Shown: positions 29,040-37,924 of the stretch, piece after piece
How the letters are laid out: each line of letters opens with the position of its first letter
How positions within the stretch are numbered: the stretch's first letter is position 1
Assembly (NCBI GenBank): GCA_041690135.1
Contig: JAWLHY010000011.1
Coordinates: 96,001-160,000 of the forward strand
Direction of reading: 5' to 3'
DNA length: 64,000 nt
DNA from: Armatimonadota bacterium
GTDB taxonomy: Bacteria; Armatimonadota; SYMT01
Notes under the pieces: model-generated
What the model was told of the DNA's origin: nothing
What the model saw: only the letters and a program-made list of their open reading frames with translations
Databases searched by the model: none
Position numbers and translations under genes: made by a program

Positions 29040-32000
29040 TTACCTCTTCCTGGTCTTTGGGGCCGGCTTCCGCTTCGCCACGGGTTTTCGGGGAGCGGCG
29101 GGCTTCCGGGCCGGGGCGGGTTTGGCAACGGCGGGGGTCGCGGCGGAGGCGACGCGCATTCCCCCGTTCAGGTACTCCGGGCTGGTCATCAGGGTTTTGA
29201 GCAGGCTCTTGATGTTGTAGTTGCTGCGGGCACAGTCGTCCCACAGCCGCTTATACAGCTCCCGCTCGTCTTCCTGGTACCGCATCTCCCGGCCGAAGAG
29301 CTGGACGAAGTGGGTCTGGATAATGGTGCGGACGAACCGCTCTTTGTTCACCGCCTGTAGCGCGAACGCTTCCATGCCCTTGCCGCGGAAGGGGTAGCTG
29401 GGCACCAGGTCGCGGTCGGTGTCGTCGACCGGCTTGCCCTTGTCCATCGGCTTGTAGTTGCCCTCGTCGTCCCAGGCCAGGCGCTGGTAGGCCAGCGGGG
29501 TCAGGATCTTGTGGCAGCTATAGCAGGCGGATGAGGGGCTGGTGGTAGAGACTGCGGTGATGCCGTCCCGCATCATCACGATGGAGGGCGGCACCTCGTA
29601 GACGTAGCCGAGGAACTTCTCCGTCACGATGGCGGCATAGTTGAAGTGCGGCAGGCCCGGCTTGCCGTTAATGAACCCCTTCATGGTGAGCAGTCCGGTC
29701 TTGCCGTGATACTCCGGCCGGGGCTGCTTCCGGAGCTGCTTGTCCACGGTGTAGTCCGCGGTCAGGATCTCCTTGAACGGGCGATCGTTGAAGACGGTGT
29801 AGCACCAGAGGCGCACCGGCTCGTCGTCCATCTCCGTGCCGCGGCTTTCGAGCAGCAGCCGGACCCGGTGGTAGTAGAACTCCCGGAACTCCTGGCCGGC
29901 GAGGTAGCGGTCGATCATCTCGGAGAGCTGCGCGCCGCCGTCGAGCTGCCGGACCTCTTCCCCCGTGGGTGGGCGGCCGACCAGGTCCTGCGCGATCTTC
30001 ACCAGGTGGAGGCGGCGGCGGTCGTTCTTGTCCTTCACGGTCGCCAGGGAGCGGGGGCGGGTGAAGAGGAAGTCCGGGTGCTTCATCAGCGCGCGGGCCA
30101 GTCCCTCCCAGGCGGCCTGCTGCGCTTCCATCGGCGCCACCGTAAAGGATGTTTTCGGGGCAGTGGGCGCGGAGAAGGTCACCTTCGGCCCGCCGTGCTG
30201 GATCCAGGTGAACTTCAAAGGGCCGTGCTGGACGTTGTAGGTGGCGGAAGCGTCCAGCGTCACGACGGCCCCGCCGGCGGCCCGGAGCGGGCGGCTCAAC
30301 TGGATGATCGGGGTGGAGGCCTCGGCCCGCACGATCACGGGCGTGTGCGTTTCGTTGTCCGCGAACCCGGGGAAGCCGACGTTCACCTGGTAGAAGCGGG
30401 AAGCCTCCCACTCCCGCGCCTTGGACGGACGGAAGAGGAGACGCATCTCCTTCTTGTCGTTGTTGTCCGACACGGTGCCCTTGCCGACCTGGTTGAACGA
30501 CTTGAAGCGGGTGGGGCGGACCGTTTGCGGCCAGTTTCCTTCCGCCTGGGGGTCGTCGAGGACGAACGGCTTCGCGCCCGTTTCGGTCGGCACAAACCGC
30601 ACGGCGTCCGCGGTCACGCGACGTCTGGTGCCGAGGTTGTTGATCTCCACGCCGCCCTGCGACCCGAATTGGAAACCGGGCTCCAGCTCCCAGTAGCGGA
30701 TCGTGTCCAGGGTCTGGTCGATGTGAAAGTGGGCCTCTCCCTTCGGCGGCACGGCGGCGAGGGGCGGGTTGGCCGTGGCCGGGGCGTCGTGCGAGTGGAC
30801 CTGCACCAGGACCGCCGGGGCGTTCTGCTGCGGGACCCGTGCGCGCCGGATCTGCACCACGCCGGGCCGCCGCCAGACCACGGTAACCTCGTACTTCCCT
30901 TCCCGCTCCACGTCGATGGGGATCTCGATGCGGCTGCCGCCCTTGCTATTGTTGTTGTCCTCGAACGAAGTGAAGCCGTTGCTCTTCTTCTCCTGCCAGG
31001 CCCCCTGGAGGTTCACGCCGGGCGCGGTGACGTCGATCCGCTTCACGGCGGCGCCGGGGAGGGGTCCCTTCAGCTCGATCGCCGCCAGCGAGACGTTGCC
31101 GTCGGTCTCCTCGTTGGTAAGCTCAAACTTCTGCCCGGTCGTTTTCGGTCGGAAGGTGAAGGCGCGGTCCAGCTTCTTCCGGACCTGCTCCGCCTTTGCT
31201 TCGACAGACTGGTCCAGCCACTCCTGGTAGATTCCCAGCACCTGGTTGGTGAACGGGAGCCGGAAGGCGTGGCTCGCGCGGCGCCCGGCGTCGTCCTCCA
31301 CCAGCAGTTCCAGGTCGAGGTTCCCCGGCTCTTTCGCCACCGTTTCCTCTGCCTGGTAGATGTTCCGGATCAGCGCGAACGCCTGGGCCGTCTCCGCCTC
31401 CGTGGGGCTCCGGAACAGCAGCTTGCGGTAAAGGCGTGCAATCTCCGCGCGGTAGGCGGCATCGGGCGCCTTGAGCTTCAGCGGCGAGGCGAGCTTCTCC
31501 GAGCGGCCGGCGAACGGCCCGGACGACCTGAGATAAGCGCGGGAAGCGACGTCGCGGGAGAGGCTGTCCATCGCCGAGAGGAACGTGGCCGAGGCCTTGC
31601 TGCTCTCGTCGAACCGCTCCTTGAAGTCCGCCCCGTTGAACTGCGCGAGGTTGGCCAGGAAGAGGTCCTTGCCGCCCCGCTTCCAGTCATCTCCAAACAG
31701 GGTCCGGATCTTGCCCTGGAGCTGGCGGTAAGTGAGGAAGGTGTTGTCCGGACCACCGCTGACCGGTTTGCCGGTGTACGGGTCCAGCAATTCGGCCGGG
31801 AACTGCTCGTCGGGCCGCACGCCGCCAGCCTGGGTGCGGTCGTAGAGGTCCTTCACAAAGCGCCGGAGCTTCTCCACCTCACCCGCAGGCCAGGGATTGG
31901 CCGGGGCGGGCGGCATCCGCTGCTCGGGAATGGGCGAGGTGATGCGGGCCAGCAGGCCACTCGGGTTGTCCGGGTTGAAGAAGCCGTGCCCCAACAGCTT

Positions 32001-32444
32001 CTTGAAGTTGAAGCCGGCGCCATCCTCCCCGAAGTGGAGCTGCGACGGATTGTTCGCCCGGTGGCAAGCGACGCAGCCGCCGTTGGCGCGGTCCAGCAGC
32101 GGCCAGATCTCCTTCGTAAACCGCTCCTCCAGCGCCGCGGCGTCCTCCAGGGAGAGCCGCCCGCCCACGAGAGTTGAGCGTTCGGGTGTCGTGGGGTTGA
32201 TTGGTTTCTTGCCGGGCTGGGTAGTCTGTCCATGGGCCAGGCCGGCCATGATGGAGAGCGCGGCTATGCTGCCGGCGCCAATGAAGGCTGCCGTGGGGGA
32301 ATGACTCCGGCCGTTTGCTAGCCTGCGAGGTTTACACCCCGAGGGGGTGCAGGCTTTGCCTTTTGTAGCCGCGAGTTCACTCGCCCACCTGTAGAAGGGG
32401 CGGGTGCTCATAGTGAGGTGCATGCGGGAGCCGGGGACGGACAA
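29040..32444 (-). CDS. Large secreted c-type cytochrome (two CxxCH) with Planctomycete-type DUF1549/DUF1585-like helices and golvesin/PKD-like beta domains; start uncertain
   Basis: CVACH and CYSCH; RMPP; LYRKLLFRSPT..E; DLVGRPPT..E; VTADAVRF; VTLDAS...FTWIQ..GP. Confidence 0.65.
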   Translation of the reverse strand: MSVPGSRMHLTMSTRPFYRWASELAATKGKACTPSGCKPRRLANGRSHSPTAAFIGAGSIAALSIMAGLAHGQTTQPGKKPINPTTPERSTLVGGRLSLEDAAALEERFTKEIWPLLDRANGGCVACHRANNPSQLHFGEDGAGFNFKKLLGHGFFNPDNPSGLLARITSPIPEQRMPPAPANPWPAGEVEKLRRFVKDLYDRTQAGGVRPDEQFPAELLDPYTGKPVSGGPDNTFLTYRQLQGKIRTLFGDDWKRGGKDLFLANLAQFNGADFKERFDESSKASATFLSAMDSLSRDVASRAYLRSSGPFAGRSEKLASPLKLKAPDAAYRAEIARLYRKLLFRSPTEAETAQAFALIRNIYQAEETVAKEPGNLDLELLVEDDAGRRASHAFRLPFTNQVLGIYQEWLDQSVEAKAEQVRKKLDRAFTFRPKTTGQKFELTNEETDGNVSLAAIELKGPLPGAAVKRIDVTAPGVNLQGAWQEKKSNGFTSFEDNNNSKGGSRIEIPIDVEREGKYEVTVVWRRPGVVQIRRARVPQQNAPAVLVQVHSHDAPATANPPLAAVPPKGEAHFHIDQTLDTIRYWELEPGFQFGSQGGVEINNLGTRRRVTADAVRFVPTETGAKPFVLDDPQAEGNWPQTVRPTRFKSFNQVGKGTVSDNNDKKEMRLLFRPSKAREWEASRFYQVNVGFPGFADNETHTPVIVRAEASTPIIQLSRPLRAAGGAVVTLDASATYNVQHGPLKFTWIQHGGPKVTFSAPTAPKTSFTVAPMEAQQAAWEGLARALMKHPDFLFTRPRSLATVKDKNDRRRLHLVKIAQDLVGRPPTGEEVRQLDGGAQLSEMIDRYLAGQEFREFYYHRVRLLLESRGTEMDDEPVRLWCYTVFNDRPFKEILTADYTVDKQLRKQPRPEYHGKTGLLTMKGFINGKPGLPHFNYAAIVTEKFLGYVYEVPPSIVMMRDGITAVSTTSPSSACYSCHKILTPLAYQRLAWDDEGNYKPMDKGKPVDDTDRDLVPSYPFRGKGMEAFALQAVNKERFVRTIIQTHFVQLFGREMRYQEDERELYKRLWDDCARSNYNIKSLLKTLMTSPEYLNGGMRVASAATPAVAKPAPARKPAAPRKPVAKRKPAPKTRKR

Positions 32445-32557
32445 CTCCGCCGGTCATGACGGTTGTGAACCCCCGCCTGTTCTCTGTCATTTCGTTGGGA
32501 ACGTCAGCCTACGTTGCGTTGCGAGCAGAGCGGTTCAGTTTTCGGTAGGAGCTGGTT

Positions 32558-32695
32558 CGTAGCCCCGGAGGGGCGAAAGGATAATAGCCGGGGGTGTGAA
32601 CCCCCGGTCCTGACGCCGGTGGAAAAGAGCCCCGGCGCATGCGTCCGTATGGAAGGGGCGGCAGAGCAGTGCGGTGGGAGGGAATTTGACCACGC
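32558..32695 (+). repeat. ~130-bp REP/REPIN-like element (copy 1)
   Basis: CGTAGCCCCGGAGGGGC, TAGCCGGGGGTGTGAACCCCCGG, AAGAGCCCCGGCGCATGCGTCCGTA..GAAGGGGCGGCAGAG; second copy at ~47033-47170. Confidence 0.8.
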
Positions 32696-32992
32696 TCTGG
32701 CGTTGTGAGTCCGGACACGCAGATGGGCCCGCGGTAGGTACACCGGCGATGCGTGAGGGTGTGGGGCAGGACGGGGTGCGTGTCGCCAGTGGTGAGCGCT
32801 GGGCGGAGGTTGCGATCACGATTACGATCACGATCACGATCACGAGTGTGGTGACCGGGAGGCGGCGTGGGGACCCGTGCGAAGGTTGGCCCGGATTGGG
32901 TATGACCCCATGGCTTGCTCCGTTACAGGCGGCCGGAGGGGGAGCGGAGGTCGACCTTCGCGCACCCCGGATACTTGATAGGAGAGTTTGCT

Positions 32993-34972
32993 TTGCAGGG
33001 GGAGAACGATCGCACCGAAGAGGAGCGGAGGCCGAACGCCGGGCGCGGCTGGGGCCTGCTCTGGCTGGTGTTCATGATCTGGCTCGTGTTCAGCATGTGG
33101 CCGCGGCCGCGGGAAGCCGCGGAGGTTCCGTACTCCACCTTCCTCACCCAGGTGCGCGAGGGAAACGTCGAGAGCGTTCGGATCGCGGGTAGCGAAATCA
33201 CCGGTACCTTTGAGCAGGCGGTCACGTGGCCGCAGCCGACGCCCGCCAACGGTGAAGCAACGCCTCCCGGCAATGCGCCGGCCCCGGCCCCGGCCCCATC
33301 GCCATTTCCGGGGATGGGTGCGCCGGAGACGCCTCGGCCTTATCAGCGGTTCGAGACGACCTTTCCCGAGGTGGTGGGCGACGAGGCGCTGCTGCCCCTG
33401 CTGCGGGAGCAGGACGTTACGGTGGAAGTGGCGCAGCCCGCCAGCCCCTGGCTGGCCATGCTGTTGGCCAATGCGCTGCCCCTACTGCTGCTGGTCCTGT
33501 TCTTCGTCTGGATGGGCCGGAACGCCTCGCGGGCGCAGTCGGGAATCTTCGACTTCGGGCGGACCCGCGCCCGCCGGTACGATGCGGACCGCCCCACCGT
33601 GACGTTCGCCGACGTGGCGGGCGTGGAGGAGGCGAAGACGGAGCTCCAGCAGGTGGTTGACTTCCTGCGCGAGCCGAAGAAGTACCGCGACCTGGGCGCG
33701 CGGATCCCCCGCGGCGTGCTGCTTTCCGGGCCTCCGGGCACCGGTAAAACGCTGCTGGCCCGCGCCGTGGCCGGGGAAGCGGGGGTGCCGTTCTTCAGCC
33801 TTAGCGGCTCCGAGTTCGTCGAGATGCTGGTCGGCGTCGGCGCCAGCCGCGTGCGGGACCTCTTCGAGCGGGCCAAAAAGGAAGCGCCGGTCATCATCTT
33901 CATCGATGAGCTGGATGCGGTCGGTCGCCGCCGCGGCGCCGGGCTGGGGACGGTCAACGACGAGCGGGAGCAGACCCTCAACCAGTTGCTGGCCGCGATG
34001 GACGGCTTCGAGCCCCACCAGGAAGTGATCGTCCTGGCCGCGACGAACCGTCCGGACGTGCTGGACCCCGCCTTGCTCCGCCCCGGGCGCTTCGATCGTC
34101 AGGTGGAAGTGGGCCTGCCGGACCGTAAGGGACGGGAGGCGATCCTGCGCATCCACTCACGCAAGCTGCCGATTGCCGACGACGTGCGGATCGAGGAAGT
34201 GGCGAACGGGACCACCGGCTTCAGCGGCGCGCAGTTGGCCAACCTCTGCAACGAGGCGGCCCTCGTCGCCGCGCTCCGCAACCAGCGGATGATCGCGATG
34301 GAAGACTTCGAGGAAGCGCGCGACAAAGTGATGATGGGGGGCAAGCGGGCCCTGGTGATGGACAAGTACCAGCGCAGAATCGTGGCTTACCACGAGGCAG
34401 GGCATGCCGTGGTGGCGTGGCTCACCCCGCAGGCCGATCCCGTGCACAAGGTCACGGTCGTCCCGCGCGGGCGCGCCCTGGGAGTCACGGCGCAACTGCC
34501 CGAGGAAGAACGGTACAACTTCTCCCGCGAGTATCTGCTGGCCCGGCTCTCCGTGCTGATCGGGGGCCGCGTGGCGGAGGAGCTCGTTTGCGGCGACATC
34601 ACCACCGGGGCGGAGAACGACCTGGTGGAGGCGACCCGGCTGACGCGCCGCATGGTCACCCGCTGGGGCATGGGCAGCCTTGGCTTCGTGGCGTTCGAAA
34701 CGGACGACGAGCAGCCGTTCCTCGGGTACTCCTTCGCGCACGGCAAGGACTACGCCGACGCGACCGCGGCGCGGATCGACCAGGACGTGCAGCGTCTGCT
34801 GGAAGAACGCCACGAGTATGTCCGGCGGTTGCTCACCGACAACCAGGACGGGCTGGAGCGGCTTACCGAGGCGCTGCTGGAGCAGGAGACGGTAGGCCAG
34901 GAAGCCCTGGAGGAGATCCTGGGTCCCCGGCGGCAACCCCAGGAGATTACGGTGGTGCGCCGCGCGGCTTGA
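32993..34972 (+). CDS. ftsH: ATP-dependent zinc metalloprotease FtsH
   Basis: Two TM helices, [47 protein letters not shown]; likely TTG start at 32993 after AGGAG. Confidence 0.95.
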   Translation: MQGENDRTEEERRPNAGRGWGLLWLVFMIWLVFSMWPRPREAAEVPYSTFLTQVREGNVESVRIAGSEITGTFEQAVTWPQPTPANGEATPPGNAPAPAPAPSPFPGMGAPETPRPYQRFETTFPEVVGDEALLPLLREQDVTVEVAQPASPWLAMLLANALPLLLLVLFFVWMGRNASRAQSGIFDFGRTRARRYDADRPTVTFADVAGVEEAKTELQQVVDFLREPKKYRDLGARIPRGVLLSGPPGTGKTLLARAVAGEAGVPFFSLSGSEFVEMLVGVGASRVRDLFERAKKEAPVIIFIDELDAVGRRRGAGLGTVNDEREQTLNQLLAAMDGFEPHQEVIVLAATNRPDVLDPALLRPGRFDRQVEVGLPDRKGREAILRIHSRKLPIADDVRIEEVANGTTGFSGAQLANLCNEAALVAALRNQRMIAMEDFEEARDKVMMGGKRALVMDKYQRRIVAYHEAGHAVVAWLTPQADPVHKVTVVPRGRALGVTAQLPEEERYNFSREYLLARLSVLIGGRVAEELVCGDITTGAENDLVEATRLTRRMVTRWGMGSLGFVAFETDDEQPFLGYSFAHGKDYADATAARIDQDVQRLLEERHEYVRRLLTDNQDGLERLTEALLEQETVGQEALEEILGPRRQPQEITVVRRAA

Positions 34973-34976
34973 TCAA

Positions 34977-35780
34977 CTAGGATCCCACTTTAGGCAATTC
35001 CTTGCCGCAATGGGGGCAGCACGCTGCCCCCTCCTGCTTCCGCTGTAACTCTTCCAGGAAGGCGGCGCCCAGGAGGCCGGCGGGCAGCGCAAAGAGCCCG
35101 ATGCCGAGCACCGCGATAACGGCGGCCACGCACCGGCCGAGCGGCGTCACCGGGTAGACGTCGCCGTAGCCGACGGTGGTGAGGGTCGCCACCGCCCACC
35201 ACATGGCTGCGGGGATGCTGGAGAACTTGTCCGGCTGGGCCTCCCGTTCCGCGAAGTACATCAGCGAAGAGGAGATCAGCATCAGGATCCCGATGAAAAC
35301 CAGAGTCAACAGGAGCTCTTCCCGCTTGGAGCTGAACACGCGCCCGAATACCTGCAGGGCGCGTGAGTACCGCGCCAGCTTCGCGATCCGGAAGAGCCGC
35401 AGGAACCGGAGGGCGCGCATCATGCGCAGATCCACGCCCAGCAGCGGGAGGTAGAACGGCAGGATCGCCAGGAGGTCGAACAGCGCGAGCGGCGTCAGCG
35501 CGAACCGCAGCCGGCCGGTGATCGGAACCGCATACCGGGGGTTCGCGGTGCAGGACCACAGCCGCAGCAGGTACTCGCCCGTGAAGATGACCACCGACAC
35601 CGCTTCGAACGCATCGAAGAACGCCCGGGCGCGCAGGTAGATCCCGTGATCCGATTCCAGGGTCAAGGCGACGATGTTCAGCACGATCAGGGAAAGCATG
35701 AACACGTCGAACACCCGGCTTGCGCGGTCACCCGCGCCGGCGGGTTCGAGGATCTCGTACACGCGTCGCTTCAGCTTCAT
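34977..35780 (-). CDS. Voltage-gated potassium channel / ion transporter
   Basis: S4 segment RMMRALRFLRLFRIAKLARY; pore TVGYGD; C-terminal CPHCG. Confidence 0.9.
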   Translation of the reverse strand: MKLKRRVYEILEPAGAGDRASRVFDVFMLSLIVLNIVALTLESDHGIYLRARAFFDAFEAVSVVIFTGEYLLRLWSCTANPRYAVPITGRLRFALTPLALFDLLAILPFYLPLLGVDLRMMRALRFLRLFRIAKLARYSRALQVFGRVFSSKREELLLTLVFIGILMLISSSLMYFAEREAQPDKFSSIPAAMWWAVATLTTVGYGDVYPVTPLGRCVAAVIAVLGIGLFALPAGLLGAAFLEELQRKQEGAACCPHCGKELPKVGS

Positions 35781-35929
35781 CCCATCTCCATCGCAACCCC
35801 CTCGCTCCCGTGAGAGGAACTTCGGGTGTTCACCGGCGGCCCATTCTGTCCTAATTTCGGTACACGGGCGCCCGAACACTCCCCGAAGACGGCCCCTCCC
35901 AGGGCTTCCGTCTCGAAGAGCAGCAGTGG

Positions 35930-36166
35930 GTGGAAATCCCCCGGCGGCAGCATGGGCGAGCTTTCAGCCCCCTGCTGCGGCTCGAGTTCCGCGCGATCGA
36001 GGACGGGGTGCGCCACTTCGACCCGGCCACTTCGCGGTTCATGCCGTCCGCGCACGACCTGGCCGCGCAACTTCGTGATGCTTCCAGCGAGATCCGCGTG
36101 AAGGACGACGAAATTGAGCGACTCCGCCGGGAACTGGAGGCCTTCCGCTCCGGCGAGCAGGAGTGA
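35930..36166 (+). pseudogene. Possible C-terminal fragment of a Uma2-family endonuclease
   Basis: SPLLRLEFR...VRHFDPAT followed by the coiled-coil tail EIERLRRELE; no N-terminal nuclease core visible. Confidence 0.4.
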
Positions 36167-36205
36167 AAGGCCTCGATCTCCGTGCGCGCTTCCCGCCCCG
36201 TCCCT

Positions 36206-37063
36206 TTAGAGGAGGATTGAAGGCAGGAACGCGCCCTGCGGCTCGTTGTAGAGGCCGAGGCTCATCAGGTTCAGGGGTTGGGTGATCCGGAGGCCCCGGT
36301 CGAGGCACCAGCGGAACAGTTCGGTGTTGCGCGTGGGGAGGAGAAAACCGGGGCCGGGAAACTCGGGAGCGGCTCCGATCAAGGCCTTGATCGCGGTGTT
36401 GTCTTCCGCCACGGTGTGCGCCATGAAACCCACGCCGGAGGTGTAGCCCACGATGCGGCCCTCCCGCTCTACCACGGCGGCCGCCCCCCGCGCCACGGCG
36501 CCCGCAAGCTCCCAGGTACGGTCGTGCCCGTGCACCCGGCGGCAGAGCGCGGCGCAGGCGGCGAGATCCGCCTCCACCGCTGGACGGACGGGGTACCCCG
36601 GAAGGGTGATCTCCAGGGGTTCGCCCTGCATACAGGCCAGTGGTTCCCGCACCGTGAAACCGAGCTTCGTGTAGAGAGCCAACGAGCGGTTGTGGAAGGC
36701 GGCCTGCACAAGCCGTACACCCGGAAACCCTTTCTCGCGTGAGCGCTCCAGTACCGCATTCATCAGGCTCCGGCCGACCGTCCCGTTCTGGACCTCCGGG
36801 TGCACGGTGATCGGCCCGACCCCGGCGATCGGGTCGCCTTCCCACAGAAAGTTGCTGCCTACCACCCGGCCATCCAGCTCCGCCACCACGGAGTAGGTCT
36901 CTGGAACCGTCAGGATCGAGGCGAGCATACCCGTGGCAAACGCAGCATCGGGAAAGTCGGGCGGGAAGTTATGCTGGCTCGAGATGTGGGCGAAGGCCTC
37001 GTAGCAGATCGGGCCGAGCGCCGCGGCATCTTCCGGCGTGCCGGGACGGAGAGTCAGGTTCAT
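36206..37063 (-). CDS. GNAT family N-acetyltransferase (two-domain)
   Basis: VGPITVHPEVQNGTVGRSLM, SLALYTKLGF. Confidence 0.85.
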   Translation of the reverse strand: MNLTLRPGTPEDAAALGPICYEAFAHISSQHNFPPDFPDAAFATGMLASILTVPETYSVVAELDGRVVGSNFLWEGDPIAGVGPITVHPEVQNGTVGRSLMNAVLERSREKGFPGVRLVQAAFHNRSLALYTKLGFTVREPLACMQGEPLEITLPGYPVRPAVEADLAACAALCRRVHGHDRTWELAGAVARGAAAVVEREGRIVGYTSGVGFMAHTVAEDNTAIKALIGAAPEFPGPGFLLPTRNTELFRWCLDRGLRITQPLNLMSLGLYNEPQGAFLPSILL

Positions 37064-37122
37064 CGCTTGTTTTCCTGGGAAGTTAAGGGTGGTTCGTGAG
37101 AGTAGCACCGTTCGGAACTATT

Positions 37123-37545
37123 CTAGACGCCGGGATTTGGTATGGAGTCTTCGTCTTTACTGTTACTGTGCCTCAAGCACCCGCAAAGTCTGGCTCTGTA
37201 GGCAAGACCGGATCGGTAACAAGACAGCAGAACCCAGATGGGGAAAGCGAAGAGGCAGTAGTAGAAGGTAGCTACGACCAGAGCAAATGAAAGATCGGGA
37301 CCATCCAACTGCGGGTCATACGCTCCCCCGTTATAGAGCTCCCACACAAACCAGGAAAAGCCCGCCAGGAAGAGCGCAACGCCCAGCGGGACCAGCCACC
37401 GCCCGCGGAGCGGAAGCACTCCATACAGCTCCGGTAGGCGAAGTATCCGCCACAGAGTGACGACCGTCCCGAGAAGAGCGACGAGAAATCCCAGGCAACC
37501 GCGGATCGCACCAGGTCCCACACAAGTTCCCTTCGCCGAACGCAT
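37123..37545 (-). CDS. Small hypothetical membrane protein
   Basis: Three hydrophobic segments; atypical codon use. Confidence 0.35.
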   Translation of the reverse strand: MRSAKGTCVGPGAIRGCLGFLVALLGTVVTLWRILRLPELYGVLPLRGRWLVPLGVALFLAGFSWFVWELYNGGAYDPQLDGPDLSFALVVATFYYCLFAFPIWVLLSCYRSGLAYRARLCGCLRHSNSKDEDSIPNPGV

Positions 37546-37588
37546 CCAAAGGTAGGACGGCGCCTACCCTTGACCCTTATGGCACAAC

Positions 37589-37733
37589 CCGCGGCACCGT
37601 GTGCATATTGGAAGTGGGTCACCGCGTTCGCAAGTTGCGCAAACATGGCGGGTGCGGTCCGTGATCGGGGGCGTAAACGAGTTGCACCCATGCGCGTACC
37701 GTGACCAACGCCCACGAGGGGCTCTGCTACCTT
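37589..37733 (+). repeat. ~145-bp REP-like dispersed element (copy 4)
   Basis: CCGCGGCACCGTGTGCA...GGCGTAAACGAGTTGCACCC...CCGTGACCAACG...CTCTGCTACCTT. Confidence 0.75.
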
Positions 37734-37924
37734 CCTCGAACCGTCCCTCTCCGAGAGGCCGGTTCTGTTGTGGCTGTATGGCTCCTTATCCTTATCTTCA
37801 TCCGAATTCCTAATCCGGGCGAAGCCCCCGGGGAAGGATGAACCCTGCCGGTGTCGAATCCGTCTACGGGTCCGGTTGGCTCTGGACGGACCGATGGCGG
37901 GCACGGAAGGGATGAACGAGAGGT

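Noticed and set aside
6154-32177. Long antisense ORFs (6154-7554, 10935-12128, 19762-21597, 22012-24027, 29646-32177; likewise 62304-63971)
   Set aside because: These are shadow ORFs opposite well-supported genes, expected in high-GC DNA, and carry no motifs.
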